DNA of 63,814 nt, the filler included, from Choristocarpus tenellus KU-1152 (lineage: Eukaryota; Protista; Phaeophyceae): the NCBI GenBank assembly GCA_964200185.2. It is 9 parts of 9 records of this genome, joined end to end, with 100 filler letters (N's around TTAATTAATTAA, not from the genome) between each part and the next. Parts side by side here need not be neighbours in the genome. Positions count along the whole stretch, not along the records: positions 22,293 to 40,277 come from CAXNAD020000594.1; positions 40,378 to 43,699 come from CAXNAD020020809.1; positions 43,800 to 48,763 come from CAXNAD020012350.1; positions 48,864 to 53,472 come from CAXNAD020013806.1; 5 more parts are not named here. The stretch is one strand, 5' to 3'. A program made the translations under genes and the position numbers. Position 1 is the first letter of the stretch. Each line of letters opens with the position of its first letter. The notes under the pieces were generated by a model. The model did not search any database, had not been told where the DNA came from, and worked only from the letters and a program-made list of their open reading frames with translations. This document shows positions 39,037 through 51,900 of the stretch, one piece after another.

Positions 39037-39071
39037 TAAGGGTTAGGGTTAGGGTTAGGGTAACCCTAACC
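39037..39071. repeat. Interstitial telomere-type repeats with inverted junction
   Basis: TAAGGG(TTAGGG)3-T-AACCCTAACC. Confidence 0.75.
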
Positions 39072-39089
39072 ACTGGTTAGAATGCAAGA

Positions 39090-39470
39090 AGAAATACTTG
39101 CGCTGTTCACTTATAGCAGCTACTGCCGCAGCTTAGGCGAGAAAGAGTACCCACTACGACGGTTCTTTCGACCCTTGATGTTTTAACCTCAACACCTTTG
39201 CGGTGGAAAGTTTTTGGCGCCTTGGTGAGCAGTCAGAAGTTTTTCTGGATGAGTTGGCTACGCACACGGTAGGGGGGAGAGGGGCGGGAGGCTACAGCAG
39301 GAAAGTAGCTGTCAAATCCCGCCTATGATAAATAGTGTTTGTCACAACACAAGTGGCTCTATCGAGATGTGTCATGCGTTTTAAGCTGGAGACACCAGGG
39401 AAATGGGCAAGAAGGGGCCTGTCAGATTCTTGCGATGCTTCCCTAGCTCCTTACCCTGTGGTGTAGTGCA
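39090..39470 (+). mobile_element. 5'-truncated RLE-type (CRE/R2-like) non-LTR retrotransposon remnant
   Basis: AAA*ARKSTHYDGSFD..TFAVESFWRLGEQSEVFLDELA..GGRGAGG..RL**IVFVTTQVALSR resembles the C-terminal restriction-like endonuclease region; in-frame stops. Confidence 0.65.
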
Positions 39471-39801
39471 AAACTAGGTTGGAGGCACAGGAGGGGAGTG
39501 ATGTCGCATAGCTGGTAGTTAAATATAAAAAAGAATATAGGAATACATTTTTTTTACTTTTACAGGGGTTCTTATTATGATATCGAATTGACCTTTCCCC
39601 TGACACATCTGGATAATGTCAGAGGGCATAATAATATATATATTGGTGGAAGGATCAATACATACATATTATTGTTGTGGAGTATTAATCGTGAGGTTGA
39701 AGCGTGGAATCTTTTCAAGAGACCAATCCCGCAAGTAGTGGATATCTCTTTATTCAGAAATGTCAAGCATCAAATATTATTTTTCTTCTCAAATCTTCAC
39801 A

Positions 39802-39956
39802 TCATGATGATTCCCCTCCCATAAGGTCTTGCTCACTCTGCAGTTCTCTGGAGCACTGCAGCTCTTGCTCTTGTTTCGCCTTAACCTCGTCCCCTCGATT
39901 GCAGTTCGTCTTGGTTAGTCTAGTCCACCTTGAAAAGTGATTCTCTTCACCCTTCC
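39802..39956 (-). CDS. Probable terminal exon of an unknown gene (upstream part lost at contig end)
   Basis: A cag acceptor is followed by an open frame KGEENHFSRWTRLTKTNCNRGDEVKAKQEQELQCSRELQSEQDLMGGESS and TGA. No family recognised. Confidence 0.35.
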
Positions 39957-40453
39957 CTGAGTAAATGACACCCCCACAAAATCATATAATTCACGTTATT
40001 GTCATTGTTGCTATATTGTTATATAGTGGTACTGTTACAAGCGAATAGCATGAGCTTTTCTTCTTGTATGTCCACAAAGTTTGGGCATTTGTTACTCGCG
40101 AATAGCGCGAGCATTTTCTTTTTATATTTCAGGAAATACGAACATTTGTAACAGACGCAGAGTGTGAGGATTATTTCTTGAGTTCTGACAAGCACGAACA
40201 ATATACGATATTAGTAGTACATAGGTGGTCTTACAAGATAAATGATGATTTTTATAGGAGATGCAGAGAAAGACTTANNNNNNNNNNNNNNNNNNNNNNN
40301 NNNNNNNNNNNNNNNNNNNNNTTAATTAATTAANNNNNNNNNNNNNNNNNNNNNNNNNNNNNNNNNNNNNNNNNNNNAAAAAATATTTTATAAACATCGG
40401 TAGGACGCCCGCGACCTTTGCTGGGATATGAAAAAAAAAAAAATTGAAATTCA

Positions 40454-40488
<35 letters not shown>

Positions 40489-40822
40489 GGTAACACCTTC
40501 GTTCGGTACACATGGTCAGGGGAGGGGGACATCCAGTACTGTCAAAAGGGCCCCTGAAATTCGATGTACGTTCAAAAAACCTCCACCGTTAATTTCTTCC
40601 TGTGTTATTTATTTCAGGTAGAAAGAAAGAATCAGAGCATTTGAGTTTGCGCACCGTTACTTCCGTCGATGATTGATGATACAAGCTACACAGTCGCAGC
40701 CCTACCTACCACAACGACACAAAAGCTAACTACCTCAGCAATACAAAAGTTTCCGGTCTACCGACGCGGTCTCGGGGGGAGACCACGCCACGAACGAAGC
40801 CTCGACCACAACACAGACCCAC

Positions 40823-43176
40823 ATTGGAATGCATGAACGCCAATCCCTGTAGCACGCCCTTCGAGCACCGTCGAACTCCCTCGAGGTCCATGGGCTGTGC
40901 CACTATCGCTTGGTAAAGGTCGCCTCGGTGATAAAACGGGGTGACTATTACGATGCCGCCGTCCCTAACGTTTCGCGAAAACCAGGATAAAAATTTAGGG
41001 AGAAGCAGCAAATGAGCCATCATCGCTCGTCAGAGTGGACAAGCGCCGTGGTATGATGGGAACGGAAGGGAGTGTGTTCGGGCTCTTCCACGGACAGGGA
41101 ATCTCGTGTTCAGTGGTACAGCACACCGCCTAACAGCGGTCGAGAGGACTGGAACAGTACCGTCCAATTGATTGCATGTGAGCGGTTACATGTTATGCGT
41201 CTTGAGGGCAGTTTCTGAATCAAGCTGTTTTTACGCCTCCCTAGAAGATCTCTTTTTCTGTTGACAAGACCAGCTCAACTAACGAACACGTGTCTCAAAG
41301 CAAGTAATAATTCCCCAGCCCCAGCCGCAGGGCCTAACTCGATGAACCATAGATACATTCGAAGTTGCGGAAGTCTTCTCTTAGGGATTGGAGATATGTA
41401 AAATGAAGCAACCAGTGCAACTATTAGAAGACCGCTCAGCAGCCTCCCTTGCATGCTGATTGTGGCTGACTCCTATTGCAAGTTTCAAAGAGGGAAATAC
41501 TACCACTTGAAATGACTGCTCCGAACTACTAAGTATGCATTCATGTCAAGGCAGGCAGGGTAATTTTCAAGTTTAGGATTAGATAAGAGTCTCACATTGT
41601 CTTGAAGGCAGAAAATCTTGTCATCACATTAGAATGTCCTCCCTTGCCTTTAAAATACCTCTAGTATGGTCAGAGAATCAACACATGCATGGGAGAAGGG
41701 ATGTTCAAGCAACTAATTGTAAGGTGTATGAAACAGAGACAAAAGACGCCTGCAATGTTCAGCAGCAAATAGAGGGGAATAATGTGGGAGAATGGTCATC
41801 AAACCAGTAGGAGATAGCCTACATACAGACATCCTTACTGTAACTGGTCTTGTTTCCTCTTACCATCATAGATATCTTCTTAGAAGCATACTCTCTACGA
41901 CATGAGTGTGCCTCCATCTTCTTCGAGCTGGGTACCTCTATTACAACATCTTCGTCCGTAATCACACTGTGTGAGGATATAGAAGGGATGAGGGAGATTG
42001 GAGAGGGCATGAAGGAAATTGTTTTAGAACCTAGGACTTTTCTGCACACAAGCACAATAAAACACATTAAAAAAACATACACATATGCACACGCATGCGC
42101 GCGCACACGTTTAACTGATTATGGGAGTGGTGTGTACTCAACTGGTCTTGGTTCACTCGACGGCCGTGAAATACACGCCCGTGACTGTTTTCTGGCATTT
42201 CCCGGCAAAGTAGGAACCTGTCGCCGGTTGGCGACTTGATGAAGTTGCATTGATCAGTAAATCTGGAGTGGGACTTCAAGTCTATCCCTTCTTCCACCCT
42301 CTCATAGGCCACGGTGACCTTCAAAAACCTAAAGGTAAAACAGGTGGCTTACAGGTAAGAAGACGGGGTAGGTGCAAGTGCAAAACAATGGCAGTCATCT
42401 TAGTTCAGTAAGGGTAAACCTGTGTCTTTCCCGACAGTTGCAGCTGCAAGAAAGTTCAGATCGCTTCGAAAGCTTCACGTTTTGACCAGATAGAGTAGAG
42501 AAGGAAAATATAAGCCTTGCCGATATTTCTCGTGGGTCACTTGCCATCAAGAAATACTCATCAAGAACAGTGCTGCAACACACGGACTAGATATCTCCTG
42601 TAGAATTAGCCATCACTAGGCGTATCATATTGCAAAACGATGGCAGTCATCTTTGTTCAGTAAGGTAAACCCGCGCCTTGCCTGACAGTTGCAGCTGCGA
42701 GAAAGTTGAGATCGCTTCGAAAGCTTCACGTTTTGGGCAGATGGAGTAGAGAAAGAAAATATAAGCTTTGCCGATATTTCTTGCGGTCACTTACCATCAA
42801 GAAATGCGCATCAAGCACAGTGCTGCAATACACGGGCTAGATATCTCCTCCACAATTAGCCATCACTAGGCGTATAATATTGAAGCAGAGGCTTACACCA
42901 CAAATACATCTACATCTCCAGATGATCGGCCCAGAACAGAAATATAAAAGGCAACTAGGTGTCTCACTTGCAGCAGGGAAAGTCCATGGAATTCGATCCG
43001 GGATTCGAGGTCTGGAATTGATTCATCGCTTCCACGGACGAGTCGTCAGTGCTAGGCTCGATGTGATGGTCTGTTTTGTAAGGCTGGTCATTCCTCGAAG
43101 GACAACTTGCTGTACCACAGCAACGGATCGATGAGACCACTAATGGATGCATACCCCCCCCTGTGTATTCTTCCAT
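40823..43176 (-). CDS. Protein kinase-domain gene, 5' part (through subdomain VIa)
   Basis: Exons 43176-42968, 42328-42143, 42041-41864, 41660-41596 and 40964-40823 join in frame: ENSHGRVFHGRR (degenerate Gly loop), EYASKKIS (subdomain II), GGHSNV (IV), IVTPFYHRGDLY...VLQGLAFMHSN (V-VIa). Downstream exons were not found before the linker. Confidence 0.7.
42380..42882. repeat. ~251-bp tandem duplication in kinase intron 1
   Basis: TGCAAAAC(A/G)ATGGCAGTCATCT at 42380 and 42631; the two units are collinear throughout. Confidence 0.9.
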
Positions 43177-43799
43177 GATTCCACGACCTTTGACACCACA
43201 ATACCCCTTGGAATTTCTCCTCTAGGAAGGAGTTGAGGAGGTGAGTGGTAACACTTAGATCATCCTAATAGGAAGATTCGATTAAGTGCATTCAAGGTTA
43301 GGTGCGTCGTAGATAATTTCAGCTGAAGTTTGTTAGTATGGATTAATCATTTGTTTCGACATTCTACAATAAAATCAAAATTTATCTGAAAGTGAGTCTA
43401 TGAAGTAATCTGAGTTTTGTGGGCGGAAGAATTCTGGTTGGCTGGGGGCACAGGACAAGGGAAGGCAGTGGAAAGAAAAAGAAAGAAGCAGGAAGAGAAC
43501 GAATAGTTGGAGGAGGGGAGAAAAGTTAATGGAAACGAGTGGTAGCAAGAGAGTAGAAGCAGAATTCAGGAAGTAAAAAGAAGGCTGAGAACCAGGGGTA
43601 CAGACGAGGAGGGGAGACCAAGGCAACCTCCGAGCAAGCTCTCCCGCCCACCCACCCTGTCGCTTGCTCACAACCGACAGGAACACTGGGATGGGGGGGN
43701 NNNNNNNNNNNNNNNNNNNNNNNNNNNNNNNNNNNNNNNNNNNTTAATTAATTAANNNNNNNNNNNNNNNNNNNNNNNNNNNNNNNNNNNNNNNNNNNN

Positions 43800-43950
43800 A
43801 TGTGATGTTGCCGAGTTTCATCTTGTACATGCCGAGGTAGTGCTGTTTGAGGAGCAAGGACATGCCCTTCAGATTGCTGTACCACGATCTCGATCCGTGG
43901 GCAGCACCATCGGCGCACAGGGGGGTCGTTGTTGAGCGAATGTTGGACAT
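43800..43950 (-). CDS. Second, inverted copy of the ParB-like ORF (N-terminus only, cut by contig end)
   Basis: MSNIRSTTTPLCADGAAHGSRSWYSNLKGMSLLLKQHYLGMYKMKLGNIT; 43800-44059 is the reverse complement of 44667-44926. Confidence 0.6.
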
Positions 43951-44775
43951 GGCGAAGATTGGGAAGGTGTGACGGGGATAGATAAGAAAGAGCTGCTGGT
44001 GGTATGTGCGGAAGGGAAGGAATGGAAATGAGGAGTGAGGGCTGGGAGGGGCTGCTTTAATGTATGTATGTATATCCTCCACCACCGCATAGTCGGGTGC
44101 TTTAAGCTCCTCCCCCTTTCATTCCCCCCCTGCCATGCGCATGCAGTCACTTTTTTAAGTACAACAAGCCACGGAGCGTGTCGGGGAGATAGACGATGAA
44201 AGACCACACAAAATAATAGAAAATTACATCAATGTACAGTGTCGAGCGCACGTACGTATATATGGATGGGAGCAAATGTCATGGTGTTTTCAGGCAAACA
44301 GGCGGTCTTGGGCAGTGAGAAGGTCTAGGAGTGAATTGAATTCGAAGTCGGGCGTACGATATTTGAGTTTCGAGTGATCCGTCGGACCAGCCTGAAATCC
44401 ATGGACTGAAAAATACGTGTGTTCTGGTTATTTTGAAATAAAAATCAGATTCTATTCTTAAATTCAACAAATACAAATATAAACCACATACTTAATTGAT
44501 CTAATATGTTTGAAAATTTCCGAAACGAAAAGGTCACAAAAAATTGATACTCTCTATTTGCTTTAAATATGAAATCGTATACTGTTCGATATTCATATTT
44601 TTTGGAACACAATTATCAACGGAAATTGAAATCTGAGTTCCTAGGGTACCGACCGACCAGATGAAATAAAGCAGCACCTCCCAGCCCTCACTCCTCATTT
44701 CCATTCCTTCCCTTCCGTACATACCACCAGCAGCTCTTTCTTATCTATCCCCGTCACACCTTCCCAATCTTCACC

Positions 44776-45308
44776 ATGTCCAACATTCGCTCAACAACGA
44801 CCCCCCTGTGCGCCGATGGTGCTGCCCACGGATCGAGAGCGTTGGACAGTAATGCCAAGGGCATGTCCTTGCTCCTCAAACAGCACTACCTCGGCATGTA
44901 CAAGATGAAACTCGGCAACATCACATGCACGAAGATGGTTCGTCCCCTGAGTGAGTGTGGCCTTGCGCGCGCGTCAGCAAGTCTATCCGTGAAAAGGGCT
45001 GGCTCGAGCAGTTTGCTCCGTCCATCGTCATCCATCGAGACTGCTTAGGCAACGGGGACCAGCTCACCACCGACACCGTGCTTGCCGTTCAAGGACGCAC
45101 ACTGGACGGAAACCATAGAATAACGGTGTTGAAGAGAGAGTTTGATCACGAATGCACTTTCAATTCAAGCAAGCACGCCAACGCAGGGCATACATGTACA
45201 CGACGATCAAACGAAATCGTTGCCGCCCCCCACACCCTGTCCTACTACCACCTACATCGGGATGGATTCCCATTTGTAGCGGGGCCTTCCAAAAGTGTCG
45301 CAATATAA
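44776..45308 (+). pseudogene. Intronless ParB/Sulfiredoxin-like domain ORF with a 2-nt frameshift
   Basis: Removing one GC from the (GC)4 run at 44965-44972 joins ORFs 44776-45048 and 44955-45308. The joined frame reads VRPLSECGLARVSKSIREKGWLEQFAPSIVI...RTLDGNHRITVLK, the ParB-like SIxxxGxLxP...DGxHR pattern. Confidence 0.6.
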
Positions 45309-48300
45309 AAAAATAATAATAATGAAATAAAATAAAAACATATGTGCACTTTCCGCACACCAAATCACGTCTCGCTCATCCTCAATAAAAAGCTCCATCC
45401 TCAACTTTGATGATCGGCTGTTTGGTACCTTTTTGGTACGTTATTAAAGCATTTTGTTTCGTGCATGTTACAATCAGGATTTCTTTTGGGTTCTTCAAAG
45501 GTAAGATACACCCAAGTAGATCTTTGCTCGTTCAGTTCATAGTGTTGATGTGGGTGTGTGGCTCTCACAGTATGGTTTTGTGAAAGGCGCATTCAGTTTA
45601 TCGAAGAACAGTCGGATCATGATCGAAACCCTTCAGTGTATACATTTTTTGATGAAGTATTTTATTTTGTGCGTACAGTATTTCGTAAGTTACGTGTGGC
45701 ATGCAATTCGTTTTCAACACCCTCCCCACTTTTGGCGCTTGGCTTGGCTTGCCTCTGGCACTGTACACAAGTTTCGATTCAATAAAAACGAAAGTGATAT
45801 TTTTTTATTCGCAACATTAAAAAAAATAAGAACCCATTCGTACTGATACGCAATGTTAAATATAATCATGAAGTAATATACTATAGTGCTAAAATCTGTA
45901 ATAACCGATTAAATAAACGTTGAGCAGTATTTTGATTCACTTTTCTCCGAAGTTAATTTATTGGAAGAGGCGTTACCAGGTAGGTTGCATCAGGATGTGG
46001 CCTGCCCAGTATGAGATACAACAAACAGGAAGACCGGGTGAGGACAACATCAGGGCTCTCCATAAAGCACAACTGAAGATGACAAACGAATTGAGTTTTC
46101 ATCACCAGTCTGAGAAATCCACATATTATATTGTGGATGTAATGTGGGAACATTTAACAAAACAGGAAGTCCCTCTTCAATGACAAACAGACCGGATTTG
46201 CTCAGTCCCCCCCATTGCATTCATTCCCATGGTCACACTGCCTCTACAGCCCGCATCACAGGATATTACTCAATGAACTAAGGGATTCAGGATCTCTGTG
46301 GTATTAATATTAACTGTAAAGAACCATCACCTCTCCCTGTCTGCCTGCGCAATAAAACACCTCGCTCATTGGGGAGGTGCATTTAGATTGTCCTCTGAGT
46401 GCACACATGGTTGTGACCCCAATTGTACGCACACAATAATTATCATTGTCATTCGGTCTTTTCAAATTATTAACAGATGATGAAACGAGTTTCAAATTCG
46501 TTAATATGCTTGAGCTCTACAACAAAAAAGTAAATGCAGTGGAATATATGGTGGCTGGAACAACACTTGATTGAATAGTTGCCAAGTGCTCTCCTGAAGA
46601 GAGGGGGTGATACCCCCACTGGACTGGTGGAAAAACAAGGCATGTGGTGAAGGCAAAGTTCTCTTTCTTGGTGAATTATACAGAAAGTAGAAGATGTAAG
46701 AATGGAAAGGGGGTCTCTCGTTCATCACTTTCAACAAGAACATTTTAACACAATCCTCAGAAAACGTTTTTAAGTGAGTAGGTGTAACAATCTGTCTCAG
46801 GCACTAGTTTACAAGGTCCTGAAAATCCATAGTTTTAGGAAGTGCAGCAGATTGTGATACTAAAAATAGAGCTCATAAAAGGCATTTTTAGAACGACTGT
46901 GACAATGTGTATACTCACTAAAAAAAATTGCCCAAAGTAGTGGATGGACGAAGTCATGTTGTAGACACAGGTAGTGTCAGTACCTTGTTTGTAACATGCC
47001 GTGTTGACCAATCAGATTGTACCAACTACGGTATGGAAGGCGTCTCCATTTTGCCCAACTCTACAGGCATGCTTGACAGATCGCTGGCATTGAACTTTCC
47101 AACAGGGCCAACTCTTCACAAGGAACCAAAAGGTGACCCCCCCCCAATCTGATTTGTCCTATGGAGGGCATCATTTTGTCTCTCTTATACACATATCGTC
47201 CCTACTGTTCTGAAAGGTGTTCAAGAGGTGCGCACTCTTTGTCTAGAAGAGAGTCAGCACGAATCATGTTTTACTTCAAAACAGATACAACAAATGTATA
47301 ATGTGTGATGAATGAATGACGTACATACACTTGCATATCCATAGTATATATGTCATCATCTCAACAGTACTTGTGATGTCGAGAGAGGATTATTCCAGCA
47401 TGACATAAAACCACGCAGAAAGATCCCCCACACACATATGTTTTTAAAAAATAAAGAGACCACATACATATTTTGCCCACTTACAATTAATTTGTTTTCT
47501 TACTGACCATCTTCCTCTTTTGCATCAAAAAAAACAAAAAAACAAAAATACTCCAAAAAAGTATGAACGCAATGTTGCTGCCGTCATCCAGCCCTACACC
47601 TACCACAAAATTACACACCATCATCATCTATATTACCCCCCACCCCTAAGCCATACAGAGATCAACCATCTGATACGTGTGCAGGGGAACCAGTTTCATC
47701 CCCAAAGAACACATTTAATGCAATCCAACACTAGTGCATCCTCACTAGGGGATGGGCAGGAAAACAAGGAGCTAAAATATTTCACAAAAGAAGAAAACTC
47801 ACACAGTATACATACTAAAATGTTATACACCCTCTGCATCTTTTCAAAGGAAAAACCAATGTATATATAAAGGCTCAAGACATGTGGGTAGGTGAAGTGG
47901 GTCTCTCACAGGAGCCTGGTGTGATCACCCAGTATATAGGTTCATTTAAGTACACAAAAAAATACAGCTACAATGAAATATGTATAACATGAAAAAATAA
48001 CAACACATAACAAGCCACCACCCCAGAATCACTTGCATCCCCACCACACCACACACACAAACATACCATACACAGAATACGCAAAATTTCGACAAGAACC
48101 TGAAAATTTATTGGCATGAAATATTTGGTCAAGCACAAGTTTATTGAGCAGTCAGGCTACTAATCACTACACACTCAGATCCATATCATCACCATCTCTC
48201 TCAAGAGTCAATAATCGTTCAAATATACCCCAAAAAAACGCTCAGGAGGATTTCTAAATCTGTGAAGCAGAGGCACATCCAACCACACCACCATCTCTCC

Positions 48301-48713
48301 CTCCCCCCCCCCGCCGCCCACACACTCCCCTCGTCATTTTACCCTTTTTCATCTTACAATCAACCTTTTCGCATATAAGTCTCAATCTCTCACCTCCTGG
48401 GTCGTCATCGCACAACAAAAATTCATCCCCATACACTTCTCTCTCTCTCTCTCTCTCTCTCCCCTCTGAACATCACCACCATCATCATCATCATTATCAC
48501 CATCACCATTGAAAAAAAAAGGACCCTCCACCACATCAAAAAGAAGAAGACAACGCAAACCAGAACCATTTTCAAATCGATTCGCATCAGATTGTGAACA
48601 AGAACAATCACCATCCCTTTTTTATATTTTTACCCTTATTCTACTGACGGTCGATACACATCAGATTGTGAAAAGCACTCAACAACGGCTGTTGCACTGT
48701 GTTTCCCCCCCCC

Positions 48714-48747
<34 letters not shown>

Positions 48748-48930
48748 ACCCACCCAACACACANNNNNNNNNNNNNNNNNNNNNNNNNNNNNNNNNNNNN
48801 NNNNNNNTTAATTAATTAANNNNNNNNNNNNNNNNNNNNNNNNNNNNNNNNNNNNNNNNNNNNGGGGTGGACAGGGGGCAGGCGACGGAAAAGGATAAAC
48901 AAAAAAGAAAGAAAAGGAAAGAGAGGGAAG

Positions 48931-48961
<31 letters not shown>

Positions 48962-51900
48962 AGACAAAGAAAACTGGTAGGACATTTGCCGAGGAGCATG
49001 GTGTTGTCCTGAAAACCAACCTTCCTGGTACTTCCAGTACCCACAATCAGGATGTATGTACGCCACCAAGACCTTACATTGTGAGAGAGATATCGATTGA
49101 CAGCAGACGACATGCTTTCATCCATCTGCTACCCACAAGAACGGATGCTGGGGAAGACCCGACCCTGGGGAGACTTGGATTATGTAGCAGACAACCACTT
49201 TGTCCCGTTGACACACGTTGGAAAGAAGCAACAGAATTTCTGGGAAAAGCTTGGTCTAAACAGCGTGGTGACACTATGATGTTTTCAGATCAGCATAACG
49301 GTCTGCAGCTAAATATGGCACGTTACAAGCAGGACGAGACATACACCCGTGGAGACATCAAGATAACATTACGTCAGGTACGTTTTCCAAACAATCAATA
49401 ATCACATCAATCTAAGAAAATACTGTCTCACTAACATTTTCTCTTGTACGGGAGGTAATCGGGTCCAATTAGATCAAATTATCTTTAGTCGAAACTGAGA
49501 ATTGAGGTTATTTCGATTGTTTGTTTTTGGTTTGGTCACGAATTTCTGGATTACTTGGTGGTGTGGATCTGTCACAGATGTTTGGAGATTGTTGGGGTGG
49601 GGTGAAACTTGCACTTTCCTGGAAAAGTACAATTTTTTTTCAATTTTACATGAACAAATATATAGGGGTAAGGAATTATATCACGTAAACGTGCTTGTGC
49701 AATTGTGTATGTGCATCGAGAAATTGTGAGGGTGAACATGCGCTTCACTATGATCCATCTTGTAGCAATGTCCTCGGAACTTTCATTTGTGATACCTCTG
49801 TGCCAGATCACAAGTATTTCGTATGGACTGTGAATTGTGAGAAACCTCCACAAGGCCTGGACTTTGAGGTTCCCAGGTATAACATGGAAGAAACCATAGC
49901 GCCATTCCATGTTGTCATCTCAACATTGTAGTGGCGCCGAATTCCCAACCATTTACCATACGACTAAGCTTCTGTGCATCCACTAGGACTCCCGTGCAGG
50001 GGAAGCATATTCTGCGGAACACCAGGATCCTGATCTTTCCACTGTACCCACATACAGCATGGATAGATTGTGAAGACTGTTGGAGTGATGCCATGACGTG
50101 TGTCATCCCAGTGTGATTCTGCCTCTCTCTAAAAAAAGTGACCTAGAAACATGAAATTTGAAATTTGAATGAGTAAAAGTCCATCCTACATCGTTTTTTA
50201 GGAACATACTATTTGATGCAATTGTATAATTCGAAGTAGCACATAATTTGACTCTCCATTGTGCGATATAGGACGAGACAACAACTCTACCCAGTCCTAT
50301 CTAACTTACAGTAGTTAGAAAGAAGTAGTGTAGTATAGAATAGTACTTCTAAAATAGGATTCTATAATCAAATAAATGGTCCCTATAATGGTGCGTGTAG
50401 GAGGCTCGCCAAAGTTGCTCACGTAACACTCCATCCCCCCCCAAAAGGAAATATTTTTGCGATTTCCAAAGGTACTCTCCCTTTGTAATAAATGGACTTT
50501 TCCAAAAATTATAATGAGTAGATGATACCACCTGAATATATCGCTGGATAAATAGTCAATATTGGTTTCTGACTATCATCGTACCCCCCTTCCCTTTACT
50601 ATATATTGTTGTTCAGGTGTTCGTGTTACTATGGTCTTCTTGCCATAATACAAACTTTATCTGGGAAATAACCGGACCTGTGGTCAAATGCACCACACAC
50701 TATACTTCTCATGCCAACAGCTACTATTGCTCATACAATTAACAGCCGTTGCACTTAATTAATTATACTGCCTCTGTTCTTGCCATTGGTTCCCCCAGGC
50801 CACTGTTCATTGCCCTACCTTACTCAAATCTTCTTGCGCTGAACCAGCCATGGTGTTGCCACTCGGCAACTAGGCATTTCCATCTTGTTTCTTGTACCAC
50901 CATTCTTGTGGTGTAGTAACTGATAGTATAGTACAACAGGTGCCGGTGTTCAATGTGTAGGGTTTGATGTGTGGTCAACCAAAACCAGATTTCCACCAAA
51001 AGTGGCGTGTCATCAAAGGATTTGAACAGAATTCATGCATGGAAGAGACTTCTCGACCACTGATCCATGAAGACGGACTGAAATATGAGTGTGTACAATC
51101 GTATCGTCATCCTCCCCTTCTGCGTGTTCGTGCATTGTTTTGAAGACAAGAAAAAAAAAAAATGTTGTACTTTCGTCAGAATGTCCTCAATACCCTTTTG
51201 AAGATATCGTGAAACTTGACGTCATGCAATTTAGGGTGCGAAAACACCTTACACTTCTACTATGTTGTACAACAGTAGAGCAATATAATTTACTAGATTT
51301 CTTAAGTAGACAGAATTGATTTTTGTTGTTTTCTATTGCGTAAATATTGTTGGGATATGGGCAGGCGTTTGTTGCCAGCGATGCATACTCTGTCTGTTGT
51401 TGTCTTCGTTGTGATTCTCTCTTGTGTTCTGGTCCTTGTCCCACCCATCACAAGATCTATCTATAAACATTCAGTAGGAATATAGTATGTTGTATTTGGG
51501 GATGAAGGCTTACTTTCTTTCTAGCATCGCAAAACAAGAAACTAACAAAATGCTGGCTCAATGTATCTGGGGGAAGGCGGAGGCTGTGCATTGAGGGCCA
51601 TTTTTCCATGACGCGATTTTGAGGTAATTTGGTTGCATGCGTTTGATGGATGATGTATGTTCACCTCTCCTGGTCAGGTCCCGAATGGACACCCTAATGT
51701 GGACCCCCCCCCCCTTCAGATACTTTGAGCCTGATCGTGACGCGGTACTACTGTTACAAAATGCTCTGCAAGTTTGCCATGATGGGATATGTAGTTCCAA
51801 TCAATCAGAATACATGTGGACCATGAAGCTCGTACAAGGCCTCATGATGCGCAAGCCAAGTATTACGTAATTCTCACCTCGATTATTCTCTTCGTAACTA

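Noticed and set aside
41819-41821. TAG reassigned to Glu (alternative genetic code)
   Set aside because: Only one uncertain instance; no in-frame TAG in the roughly 55 other reconstructed exons.
45900-48760. Short ORFs downstream of the ParB-like gene
   Set aside because: No recognisable motifs or consistent splice pattern; the distal part is low-complexity A/C-rich sequence near a contig end.
50171-50287. Short element with imperfect GAGT..TCCTAYATCG inverted ends
   Set aside because: The TIR match is poor, there is no TSD and it is a single copy.
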